A stretch of 64,000 nucleotides of DNA from positions 3,543 through 67,542 of the forward strand of contig CBIFVW010000001.1 in assembly GCA_966186155.1 (NCBI GenBank), given 5' to 3'. Below the pieces are notes generated by a model. That model searched no databases and was not told where the DNA came from. It saw nothing but the letters and a program-made list of their open reading frames with translations. Positions 9,210 to 16,606 of this stretch are shown here, one piece after another (within the stretch, counting starts at the first letter, position 1; each line of letters begins with the position of its first letter). The DNA is from an uncultured Sphingomonas sp. Its GTDB lineage: Bacteria > Pseudomonadota > Alphaproteobacteria > Sphingomonadales > Sphingomonadaceae. The translations under genes and the position numbers were made by a program.

Positions 9210-10559
9210 ATGGCCGATACGCAACCGCCCGCACAGCCGGGCCCGCTCGAGCGCCGCTTCGCGCTGACCGAGCGCGGCACGACGGCACGGACCGAGGTGC
9301 TGGCCGGCGCCACCACCTTCCTCACCATGGCGTACATCGTCGTCGTGAACCCGGCGATCCTGGGCGCGGCGGGCATGCCGGTGGCGGCGGTCGCGGCAGC
9401 GACCTGCCTCGCCGCGGGGCTTGCCAGCATCCTGATGGGCCTCTCGGCCAACGTCCCGCTCGCGCTCGCCCCCGGCATGGGGCTCAACGCCTATTTCGCC
9501 TTCACCGTCGTCCAGGGCATGGGCGTGCCGTGGCAGGTCGCCCTCGGATGCGTGTTCCTGTCGGGCGTCGCCTTCCTGCTGCTCACCTTCGCGGGCATCC
9601 GCCAGCTCATCATCGCCGCGATCCCGCGGCATCTCTTCGCGGCGGTCGCGGGCGGGATCGGGCTGTTCATCGGGTTGATCGGGCTCAAGAACGCCGGGAT
9701 CATCGTCACCAGCGAGGCGACCTCGGTCACGCTCGGCGACCTGCACGCGCCCGGCGCGGCGCTCGCGCTGTTCGGGCTCGTCGTCACCGCTGCGTTGGCG
9801 GCCTGGAAGGTGCGCGGCGCGATCCTGATCGGCATCGCGGCGACCACCTTCGCGGGCTGGGCGACCGGCCAGGTCCGGTTCGCGCCCCAGCCCTATGACC
9901 TGGGCGCGATCGGCCAGACTGCGTTCCAGCTCGACCTTGCCGGCGTGTTCGGCCTGTCGGGCAGCCATGGGCTCGGGTTGTTCGAGATCCTCTTCGTCTT
10001 CCTGTTCGTCGACCTGTTCGACAATGTCGGGACGCTGGTGGGCGTCACGCGCCGCGCCGGGCTGATCGACGCCGAGGGGCGCATCCCGCGCCTCAACCGC
10101 ATTCTCTTCACCGACGCGGTCGCCTCGATGCTCGGCAGCCTTGCCGGCACCAGCACGGTGACCAGCTATGTCGAGAGCGCGGCCGGCGTGCAGGCGGGCG
10201 GGCGCACCGGGCTCACCGCGGTGGTCACCGGCCTGCTGTTCTTGCTCGCGATGCTCGTCACGCCCTATGCCCAACTCGTCCCGCTCGCCGCCACCGCGCC
10301 CGCGCTGGTGCTGGTCGGCGGGCTGATGATGGCGCCGCTCGCCGATGTGGACTGGGACGATGCCGAGGTCGCGATACCCGCCTTCCTCACCGTGGCGATG
10401 ATCCCCTTCACCTTCTCGATCGCGAACGGCCTGGCCTTCGGCATCACCGCGCATGCCGTGATCAAGCTGATCCGCGGCAGGATCACCGCGGCCGACTGGC
10501 TGCTGCTCGTGCTGGCGCTGCTGTTCGTCGCGCGCTTCGCCTGGCTCGCGGCGGGTTGA
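9210..10559 (+). CDS. NCS2/AzgA-family purine (adenine/guanine/hypoxanthine) permease
   Basis: ATG at 9210 follows GGGGACAGG. 449 aa and polytopic. N-terminal block FALTERGTTARTEVLAGATTFLTMAYIVVVNPAIL, then SYVESAAGVQAGGRTGLTAVV, as in AdeP/GhxP-type permeases. Confidence 0.85.
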   Translation: MADTQPPAQPGPLERRFALTERGTTARTEVLAGATTFLTMAYIVVVNPAILGAAGMPVAAVAAATCLAAGLASILMGLSANVPLALAPGMGLNAYFAFTVVQGMGVPWQVALGCVFLSGVAFLLLTFAGIRQLIIAAIPRHLFAAVAGGIGLFIGLIGLKNAGIIVTSEATSVTLGDLHAPGAALALFGLVVTAALAAWKVRGAILIGIAATTFAGWATGQVRFAPQPYDLGAIGQTAFQLDLAGVFGLSGSHGLGLFEILFVFLFVDLFDNVGTLVGVTRRAGLIDAEGRIPRLNRILFTDAVASMLGSLAGTSTVTSYVESAAGVQAGGRTGLTAVVTGLLFLLAMLVTPYAQLVPLAATAPALVLVGGLMMAPLADVDWDDAEVAIPAFLTVAMIPFTFSIANGLAFGITAHAVIKLIRGRITAADWLLLVLALLFVARFAWLAAG

Positions 10560-10585
10560 GGAAACCGGTTTCCAGCCCCTATATC

Positions 10586-12049
10586 ATGGCCATGACTTCT
10601 GCGCTCTTCCGGATCGATCCTCGCGACGGCGTCGCGACCGCGCTGCGCGACGTGGCTGCCGGCGAGACCGCGCTCGGCGTCACCGTCGCCGCGGACGTGC
10701 CCAAAGGCCACAAGGTCGCACTGAAACCGATCGCGGCGGGCGAACCAGTGCTCAAATTCGGCTTTCCGATCGGCATTGCCACCCGCGCCATCGAGCCGGG
10801 TGAGCATGTCCACACCCACAATGTCTCGACCGCGCTTCGGACGAGCGGCGACTATGCCTGGCACCCGGCCGCGCACCGGGACGAGACGATCCAAGGCCCG
10901 GGCTTCCTCGGCTATCGCCGCGCCGACGGCCGGGTCGGCACGCGCAACGAGATCTGGGTGATCCCCACCGTCGGCTGCGTCGCCCGCACCGCGCAGAAGA
11001 TCGCCGAGCGCGCCGCGAATCTGCACGAGGGCCGGATCGACGGCGTCCACGCCTTCCCGCATCCCTTCGGCTGCTCGCAGCTCGGCGACGATCTCGACGG
11101 CACGCGCGCGATCCTGGCGGCGCTCGCCAGCCACCCCAATGCCGGCGGCGTGCTGATCGTCGGCCTGGGATGCGAGTCGAACCAGACGAGCAGGCTGCTC
11201 GAAGGCGTGACGCATCCCAACCTCCGCACGCTCGGCGCGCAGATGGCGAGCGACGAAGTCGAGGAAGGCCTGGCGCTGGTCGCCGAGCTGGTCGCGGGCG
11301 CGCAGGCCGAGCGCACGCCCGCGCCGCTTTCCGAGCTGGTGCTCGGCGTCAAGTGCGGCGGGTCGGACGGCTTTTCGGGCCTTACCGCCAATCCGCTGGT
11401 CGGCCGGATGAGCGACGCGGTCACCGCCGCGGGCGGCACGGCGATCCTCACCGAGATCCCCGAGATCTTCGGCGCCGAGCAGCTCCTCATGGAGCGCGCG
11501 AGCGACGAGGCGGTGTTCGAGGGGATCGTGGCGCTGGTCAACGACTTCAAGGCCTATTTCACGCGCCATGGCGAGCCGGTGTCGGAGAACCCGTCGCCCG
11601 GCAACATCGCGGGCGGGATCACCACGCTCGAGGAGAAATCGCTCGGCGCGGTGCAGAAGGCCGGGCACGCGATCGTCACCGACGTGATCCATTATGGCGA
11701 ACGCGTCCGGCGCAAGGGGCTTACCTTGCTCGAGGCGCCCGGCAACGATGCGGTCTCCTCGACCGCGCTCGCGGCGGCGGGGGCGACGGCGATCCTGTTC
11801 ACCACCGGCCGCGGCACGCCGCTCGGCTTCCCGGTGCCGACGATCAAGATTGCCTCGAACAGCGATCTCGCCGCGCGCAAGCCAGGCTGGATCGACTTCG
11901 ACGCGGGCCAGGTGCTCGAGCAGGGCATGGACGAGGCCGCCGGCGCGCTGCTCGGGACGATCGCCGAGATCGCCTCGGGCAAGCAGACCGCCGCCGAGCG
12001 CAATGGCGAGCGCGAGATCGCGATCTGGAAGCGCGGCGTCACGCTCTGA
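10586..12049 (+). CDS. UxaA-family dehydratase (altronate/galactarate dehydratase-like)
   Basis: N-terminal SAF-like region DVAAGETALGVTVAADVPKGHKVALKPIAAGEPVLKFGFPIG. Central region WVIPTVGCV...HPFGCSQLGDD...GLGCE, then KCGGSDGFSG, all typical of UxaA/GarD. Confidence 0.8.
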   Translation: MAMTSALFRIDPRDGVATALRDVAAGETALGVTVAADVPKGHKVALKPIAAGEPVLKFGFPIGIATRAIEPGEHVHTHNVSTALRTSGDYAWHPAAHRDETIQGPGFLGYRRADGRVGTRNEIWVIPTVGCVARTAQKIAERAANLHEGRIDGVHAFPHPFGCSQLGDDLDGTRAILAALASHPNAGGVLIVGLGCESNQTSRLLEGVTHPNLRTLGAQMASDEVEEGLALVAELVAGAQAERTPAPLSELVLGVKCGGSDGFSGLTANPLVGRMSDAVTAAGGTAILTEIPEIFGAEQLLMERASDEAVFEGIVALVNDFKAYFTRHGEPVSENPSPGNIAGGITTLEEKSLGAVQKAGHAIVTDVIHYGERVRRKGLTLLEAPGNDAVSSTALAAAGATAILFTTGRGTPLGFPVPTIKIASNSDLAARKPGWIDFDAGQVLEQGMDEAAGALLGTIAEIASGKQTAAERNGEREIAIWKRGVTL

Positions 12050-12182
12050 TCTCCTCTCCGCGCCGGCGAGCCGCTCGATGCGCCCAATCATTGCTGCACT
12101 GCGGTAAACCGGAGGGCCGCGGCATTGAACCATTAACCCTCGGCAGGCTATCCAAGCCTCGGGGAAAACCGGGGTGGGTTCG

Positions 12183-12413
12183 ATGACCGAGTTCTTTGTG
12201 TTCGTGTACGCGATGCTGGCGATGTTCGTGCTGCAGGCGATGCAGCGCAACAAGCGGCTGCAGCGGCCGAACTCCCCGATGGTGACGATGGTCGGCTGGG
12301 GCCTGTTCTCGCTTTCCTCGACCTTGGCCGTGCTGCTCGGCGCCGTCGCGCTGGCGCTAGCGCTCGGCATGCACATGCCCCTTCCCGCGGGCTTCGATAC
12401 GCCGCTATTCTGA
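12183..12413 (+). CDS. small hypothetical membrane protein (about 76 aa, two hydrophobic segments)
   Basis: ATG at 12183 within ORF 12174..12413. Codon third positions are strongly G/C. There are two hydrophobic stretches, FFVFVYAMLAMFVLQA and WGLFSLSSTLAVLLGAVALALAL. No family was recognised. Confidence 0.5.
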   Translation: MTEFFVFVYAMLAMFVLQAMQRNKRLQRPNSPMVTMVGWGLFSLSSTLAVLLGAVALALALGMHMPLPAGFDTPLF

Positions 12414-12417
12414 GCGG

Positions 12418-12942
12418 ATGCCGCTCTACGCATTCGCCGGGCAGAGCCCCGTCCTCGCCGAAGATTCCTGGGTCGCGCCGAGCGCCGACCTGATCGGCGA
12501 CGTGCGCCTCGCCGCGCTCGCCAGCGTCTGGTTCGGGGCGGTGATCCGCGCCGACAACACGCCGATCCTGATCGGCGCGCGCTCGAACATCCAGGACGGC
12601 GCGATGCTCCATTCCGATCCGGGCGCCCCCTGCACCGTGGGCGAGGACGTGACCGTCGGCCACCATGCGATCCTGCACGGCTGCACGATCGGCGACCGCG
12701 CGCTGATCGGCATGGGCGCCACGATCCTCAACCGCGCGGTGATCGGCGAGGATTGCCTGGTCGGCGCCGGTGCATTGGTGACCGAAGGCAGGGAGTTCCC
12801 CGCCGGCCACCTGATCGTCGGCAGCCCCGCCAAGGCGATCCGGCCGCTCGACGACATGCAGAAGGCGCTGCTCAAGGCCTCGGCCGCGCTCTACGCCGCC
12901 AAGCAGCGCGACTATGCGGCGGGGCTCATCCGAGTCGGTTGA
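12418..12942 (+). CDS. gamma-carbonic-anhydrase-like hexapeptide-repeat protein (YrdA/PaaY type)
   Basis: 174 aa. WVAPSADLIGDVRL...SVWFGAVIRADN.PILIGARSNIQDGAMLH...VGHHAILHGCTIGD is the canonical left-handed beta-helix gamma-CA pattern. Confidence 0.9.
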   Translation: MPLYAFAGQSPVLAEDSWVAPSADLIGDVRLAALASVWFGAVIRADNTPILIGARSNIQDGAMLHSDPGAPCTVGEDVTVGHHAILHGCTIGDRALIGMGATILNRAVIGEDCLVGAGALVTEGREFPAGHLIVGSPAKAIRPLDDMQKALLKASAALYAAKQRDYAAGLIRVG

Positions 12943-13038
12943 CGGCATTCCCGGCGACCCGACGCGGCATGCGGCCTTGCCGTAGCGTCGCCGGCACCGC
13001 ACTCGACAGCCCTTTCCGTTGCGCTACAAAACCGGTCC

Positions 13039-13986
13039 ATGGCCCTGCCCCCGCTGTTCGACCGCCTGCGCCTGTCCGTCATCGGCTCGCCGCTGTTCAT
13101 CATCTCGGTGCCCGATCTGGTGATCGCACAGTGCAAGGCGGGGATCGTCGGCTCCTTCCCGGCGCTGAACGCGCGGCCCGAGAGTCTGCTCGACGAATGG
13201 CTCCATCGGATCACCGAGGAGCTCGCGGCATGGGACCGCGACCATCCGGACACGCCCGCGGCGCCCTTCGCGGTGAACCAGATCGTCCACCGCTCGAACC
13301 CGCGTCTCGAGCATGACGTCGCGGCCTGCGCCAAGTGGAAGGTACCGATCGTCATCACCTCGCTGGGCGCCCGCCCCGAGCTCAACGACGCCGTGCATGG
13401 CTGGGGCGGCATCACGCTCCATGACGTGATCGACAACCGTTTCGCGCACAAGGCGATCGAGAAGGGGGCCGACGGCCTGATCCTCGTCGCCGCCGGTGCC
13501 GGCGGTCATGCCGGGCGGCTCAACCCCTTCGCCTTCGTCCAGGAGGTCCGCGAGTGGTTCGACGGGCCGCTGATACTGTCGGGCGCGATCGCGACCGGCC
13601 GCGCGGTGCTGGCGGCGCAGGCGGCAGGCGCCGACCTCGCCTATGTCGGATCGCCCTTCATCGCTACCAACGAGGCCAATGCCATCCCCGCCTACAAGCA
13701 GGCGATCGTCGAGGGCACCGCCGAGGACATCGTCTATTCGAGCCTCTTCACCGGCGTGCACGGCAATTACCTGCGCCAGTCGATCGTCAATGCCGGGCTC
13801 GATCCCGACAATCTGCCCGAAAGCGATCCGAGCGCGATGAACTTCGGCGGCGCCAAGGCCTGGAAGGACATCTGGGGATCGGGCCAGGGCATCGGCGCAG
13901 TGCACGCGGTCGAGCCGGCGGCGGTGAGGATCGAGCGGATGAAGGCCGAATATGCGGCCGCGAAGGCGGCGATCGCGGCGCTCTAG
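13039..13986 (+). CDS. nitronate monooxygenase (2-nitropropane dioxygenase-like, FMN TIM barrel)
   Basis: 315 aa. PLFIISVPDLVIAQCKAGIVGSFPALN...DGLILVAAGAGGHAG...ILSGAIATGRAVLAAQAAGADLAYVGSPFIAT matches the NMO family. Confidence 0.85.
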   Translation: MALPPLFDRLRLSVIGSPLFIISVPDLVIAQCKAGIVGSFPALNARPESLLDEWLHRITEELAAWDRDHPDTPAAPFAVNQIVHRSNPRLEHDVAACAKWKVPIVITSLGARPELNDAVHGWGGITLHDVIDNRFAHKAIEKGADGLILVAAGAGGHAGRLNPFAFVQEVREWFDGPLILSGAIATGRAVLAAQAAGADLAYVGSPFIATNEANAIPAYKQAIVEGTAEDIVYSSLFTGVHGNYLRQSIVNAGLDPDNLPESDPSAMNFGGAKAWKDIWGSGQGIGAVHAVEPAAVRIERMKAEYAAAKAAIAAL

Positions 13987-14023
13987 AGCCGTTTTTCAGC
14001 TTCGCTGATCGGTACCGGCCCGC

Positions 14024-14048
14024 TCTGTTTCAGCTTCGCTGAAACAGA
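14024..14048. terminator. hairpin between convergent genes (candidate bidirectional terminator)
   Basis: TCTGTTTCAG-cttcg-CTGAAACAGA is a perfect 10-bp stem lying between the stop at 13986 (+) and the stop at 14051 (-). The 15-mer TTTCAGCTTCGCTGA also occurs at 13994..14008. There is no clear U-run. Confidence 0.45.
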
Positions 14049-14050
14049 CT

Positions 14051-14509
14051 CTAGAAGGACGCCGCGAGGCGATCCATCATCGTCCGCGCCGGACTCTCCA
14101 GGATCAGCGGATCGTCGAGCGACTGATCGAGGCGGGCGACGCGGCGATAGAGATCGAGGCTGGTGTGAATGATCGACACCGCCTGAGCGGGCATCGAGTC
14201 GAGCAGCGCCTCGTCGGTGTCCGGAGCATCGCCGAGCCGCCGCGAAGGCGACAGCGCGTCGCCCGGCGTCAATTCGCCGGCATCGACGGCGCGCTGGGTG
14301 AGCAGCCAGGCGATGATGTGCATGAGCCGGGTCGTCACCTTGAGCGACTCGCAGGAGAAGGCGACTCGATTCAGCGCCTCCAGCGCGTCACGCTCGTCTC
14401 GGCCCAATTCGTCGAAATAGGCGCGCGCCTCGTCGGCGAGCAGCATCGCCTCGACATAGAGCGAGTCGACCAGCTTGCGGTGGATCGGCGAAGTGCCCAT
14501 TTGCCCCAT
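14051..14509 (-). CDS. rcdA: DUF1465 protein, RcdA-like regulator of CtrA degradation
   Basis: 152 aa. LYVEAMLLADEARAYFD...ALNRVAFSCESLKVTTRLMHIIAWLLTQRAV matches the DUF1465/RcdA family. An alternative ATG lies at 14500. Confidence 0.75.
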   Translation of the reverse strand: MGQMGTSPIHRKLVDSLYVEAMLLADEARAYFDELGRDERDALEALNRVAFSCESLKVTTRLMHIIAWLLTQRAVDAGELTPGDALSPSRRLGDAPDTDEALLDSMPAQAVSIIHTSLDLYRRVARLDQSLDDPLILESPARTMMDRLAASF

Positions 14510-14537
14510 GCGGCGAACGCTGCCACAGCCGGGGTGG

Positions 14538-14552
14538 TAACGAAATGCTTAA
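14538..14552 (-). promoter_or_regulatory. CtrA-box-like site / AT-rich palindrome upstream of rcdA
   Basis: On the minus strand it reads TTAA-GCATTTC-GTTA, one mismatch to TTAA-N7-TTAA. It is embedded in the palindrome ACGAAAT-gctta-ATTTCGT, about 30-45 nt upstream of the rcdA ATG. Confidence 0.3.
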
Positions 14553-14614
14553 TTTCGTGACGCTTGCGTCCCGTTCCGGAGCAGGGCTTCTTAGCTGGCG
14601 CCGCGGGCGTCTGC

Positions 14615-14812
14615 TCAGGCGATGATATCGGGAATCAGCTGGTCCTCGAGCGCGGCGATCTCGTCGCGCAGGGCCAGCTTGCGCTTCTTGAGTCGGGCCA
14701 ACTGGAGCTGGTCCGAAGTGCCCGTCGCGCGCAGCGCCTCGATCGCCGCATCGAGGTCGCGATGCTCCGACCGCACCATCTCGAGCCGTTTGCGGATTTC
14801 ATTCTCGTCCAT
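14615..14812 (-). CDS. DUF465 (YdcH-like) small coiled-coil protein
   Basis: ATG at 14812 within ORF 14615..14911. 65 aa. MDENEIRKRLEMVRSEHRDLDAAIEAL...LARLKKRKLALRDEIAALE carries the DUF465 LKK.KL.LKDEI signature. Confidence 0.8.
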   Translation of the reverse strand: MDENEIRKRLEMVRSEHRDLDAAIEALRATGTSDQLQLARLKKRKLALRDEIAALEDQLIPDIIA

Positions 14813-15000
14813 CGCACGCCCCCGATACGCTGCTCCTGCATTAGGGTCCGGACCCGATGCCCGCAACGTCCGCGACACGCCGCAACGGGCCATCGCGTCT
14901 TTTCCGCACACCGTCGATTAGGGACGATTCGCGCGCGACAAAGCTGTGGAAAAATGATCTATTCGAAGGTTCCGGCCACCCGATGAAGGAGACTGCTTCG

Positions 15001-15153
15001 ATGCAGAACGCGCATTTCTCGGCACTTTCGGCCAAGCACGACGTGCTCGACCAGCGAATCGCCGCCGAATCGCAACGGCCCATGCCGGACCAGCTGGTCC
15101 TGGCCTCCCTGAAGAAGCAGAAGCTTCGCATCAAGGAAGAAATGGCGCGCTAG
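15001..15153 (+). CDS. DUF465 (YdcH-like) small coiled-coil protein, second copy, divergent from the first
   Basis: ATG at 15001 lies 9 nt after AAGGAG; an alternative ATG is at 14983. The sequence is HFSALSAKHDVLDQRIAAES...LASLKKQKLRIKEEMAR. Confidence 0.75.
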   Translation: MQNAHFSALSAKHDVLDQRIAAESQRPMPDQLVLASLKKQKLRIKEEMAR

Positions 15154-15215
15154 ACGCGTACCGCCTCAAGGGGTGTGGCCCCGCCGCACCCCGACAGCGA
15201 AAAACCTGTGGATAA

Positions 15216-15590
15216 TCAGCGCCGCGTGATGATCGGCTTGGTGTAGCTCGGCGTGTGCTTGCCCTGGCCCACTGGCTTGCGCGCGAGCATCGGATCGATC
15301 GAGCTGTCGAAGGCGACTCCGACCCGGCCTTCGGCCGACCAGGCGATTCGGCCCGAGACCCAGCCGACGCCGCGCACCTCGACCTCGACCTGGGTGCCGC
15401 GCTCGACCGGCTGGGCATATTCCGCCATCAGCCCGCCCGCGGAGAGATTGCGCACCCGCACCTGCTCGGCCGTGCCGCCGGCGACTCGGAACTGCGCCGC
15501 CAGCATCAAGCTGTCGCGCGCCCCGGCCCGCTGGCTGGCGAAATCGTCGGCCGAAAGCGCCGTCAATGGGTCGTAGGAAAACTGGTCCAT
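15216..15590 (-). CDS. single-domain PilZ protein (c-di-GMP receptor type)
   Basis: 124 aa. It has both canonical PilZ motifs, RAGAR (RxxxR) and NLSAGG (D/NxSxxG), followed by GRIAWSAEGRVGVAFD. Confidence 0.85.
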   Translation of the reverse strand: MDQFSYDPLTALSADDFASQRAGARDSLMLAAQFRVAGGTAEQVRVRNLSAGGLMAEYAQPVERGTQVEVEVRGVGWVSGRIAWSAEGRVGVAFDSSIDPMLARKPVGQGKHTPSYTKPIITRR

Positions 15591-15697
15591 CCGTTCCGCT
15601 CGAACGCAAAATTCATGTCGCGCGAGAATAGGGCGGCAAACTTGTCGAAAGAGTTAATCACTCGACATCCGCCGCCGCCCCGCTTGCGCAGAAGCCA

Positions 15698-15721
15698 CAA
15701 AAAAGGAGGCCCGAAGCCCCC
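15698..15721 (-). terminator. Rho-independent terminator downstream of dksA
   Basis: On the minus strand, GGGGGCTTCGGGCCTCC (a 6-bp stem with one G-U pair and a short loop) is followed by TTTTTT, immediately after the dksA stop at 15724. Confidence 0.6.
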
Positions 15722-15723
15722 TG

Positions 15724-16191
15724 CTATTCGTCCCGCGAGACCTTCTCGTTGCGCTCGTGCCGCTCTTGCGCCTCGACGGTCATGGTCGCGATCGGCCGCG
15801 CCTCGAGCCGGGCGAGGCTGATCGGCTCGCCGGTCACCTCGCAATAGCCATATTCGCCGTCCTCGATCCGCCGCAGCGCCGCGTCGATCTTGGCGATCAG
15901 CTTGCGCTGGCGATCACGCGTCCGGAGCTCGATCGACCAGTCCGTCTCGCTCGACGCGCGATCGGTGAGGTCTGCCTCGCGCAACGAGTCGGTCTGCAGC
16001 TGGTTGAGCGTGCCCGCGGCCTCGCGATAGATCGCGTCCTTCCAGGCGTTGAGCTTGGCTCGAAAATATTCGAGCTGCCGCGGGTTCATGAAAGGTTCGT
16101 CGTTGCTCGGCCGATAGCCGTCGTCGCCGTCATTGGCGGCGGGAGGAACGCGTTTACCCGGTTCGTCGAAGCGATCCAAAACAGTAGCCAT
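15724..16191 (-). CDS. dksA: DksA-family RNA-polymerase-binding transcription factor (zinc-finger cysteines mostly absent)
   Basis: ATG at 16191 follows GGAGAGTGGGG. Motifs: FMNPRQLEYFRAKL, the coiled-coil tip DLTDRAS (DxxDxA), and RRIEDGEYGYCEVTGEPISLARLEARPIATMTVEAQE. Only the first of the four canonical Cys residues is retained. Confidence 0.9.
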   Translation of the reverse strand: MATVLDRFDEPGKRVPPAANDGDDGYRPSNDEPFMNPRQLEYFRAKLNAWKDAIYREAAGTLNQLQTDSLREADLTDRASSETDWSIELRTRDRQRKLIAKIDAALRRIEDGEYGYCEVTGEPISLARLEARPIATMTVEAQERHERNEKVSRDE

Positions 16192-16255
16192 CCCCACTCT
16201 CCACACCGGTCGCCCGCTTGGCTGAGCCTAACGGAGACCGCTTTGCCCTGCGCGG

Positions 16256-16284
16256 CCTATACTTTCGCGCGCGGACGTTCACAA
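16256..16284 (-). promoter_or_regulatory. candidate sigma70-type promoter for dksA
   Basis: The minus strand reads TTGTGA-N17-TATAGG, about 65 nt upstream of the dksA ATG. This is a pattern match only. Confidence 0.3.
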
Positions 16285-16606
16285 GCACGGCTTTTTCCAC
16301 AGGCGCGAGTAATGTCCGGTAATAAGGGGGAAATTAGCCCAGCCTGAACCCCGCCGGAAACGCGGCGAAATTAACCAGCTGTCTTCACAGGTTGCCAGTT
16401 AAGAAAGGCATCCTCTGTTCCGAAGTAGAACATTAACCTTCACCCAGTGAATCTCGCCGGGGAAAAATCGCTCCCAAGAAGGTTAACCGCGCTTAACGGC
16501 GTTGCACTTAATGGTTTGTTTTGCACTTTTGCCTCATTGGGCGCGTGCAAGCTGCTGACGGTCCCGTGGGGAGCGGCACGCCAGCAACGGGAAGAGTGGG
16601 ACAACA

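Noticed and set aside
12171-12186. GGGTGGGTTCGAT, which resembles a tRNA T-arm/T-loop (GGTTCGA).
   Set aside because: There is no complementary T-stem, acceptor stem or anticodon arm around it. It overlaps the RBS and start of a small membrane-protein ORF. I found no tRNA-like cloverleaf in any intergenic region of the window.
15207-15215. A perfect E. coli-type DnaA box (TGTGGATAA = TTATCCACA) between convergent genes. A one-mismatch copy lies near 23195.
   Set aside because: It is a single isolated 9-mer with no cluster of boxes, no AT-rich unwinding element and no replication genes nearby. A single chance occurrence in 128 kb of two-strand sequence is plausible.
16483-16511. A cluster of three TTAA motifs upstream of the Ser-rich gene that looked like CtrA boxes.
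   Set aside because: The spacings are 6 and 11 nt, not the 7 nt required for TTAA-N7-TTAA. The region is generally AT-rich, so TTAA is not surprising there.
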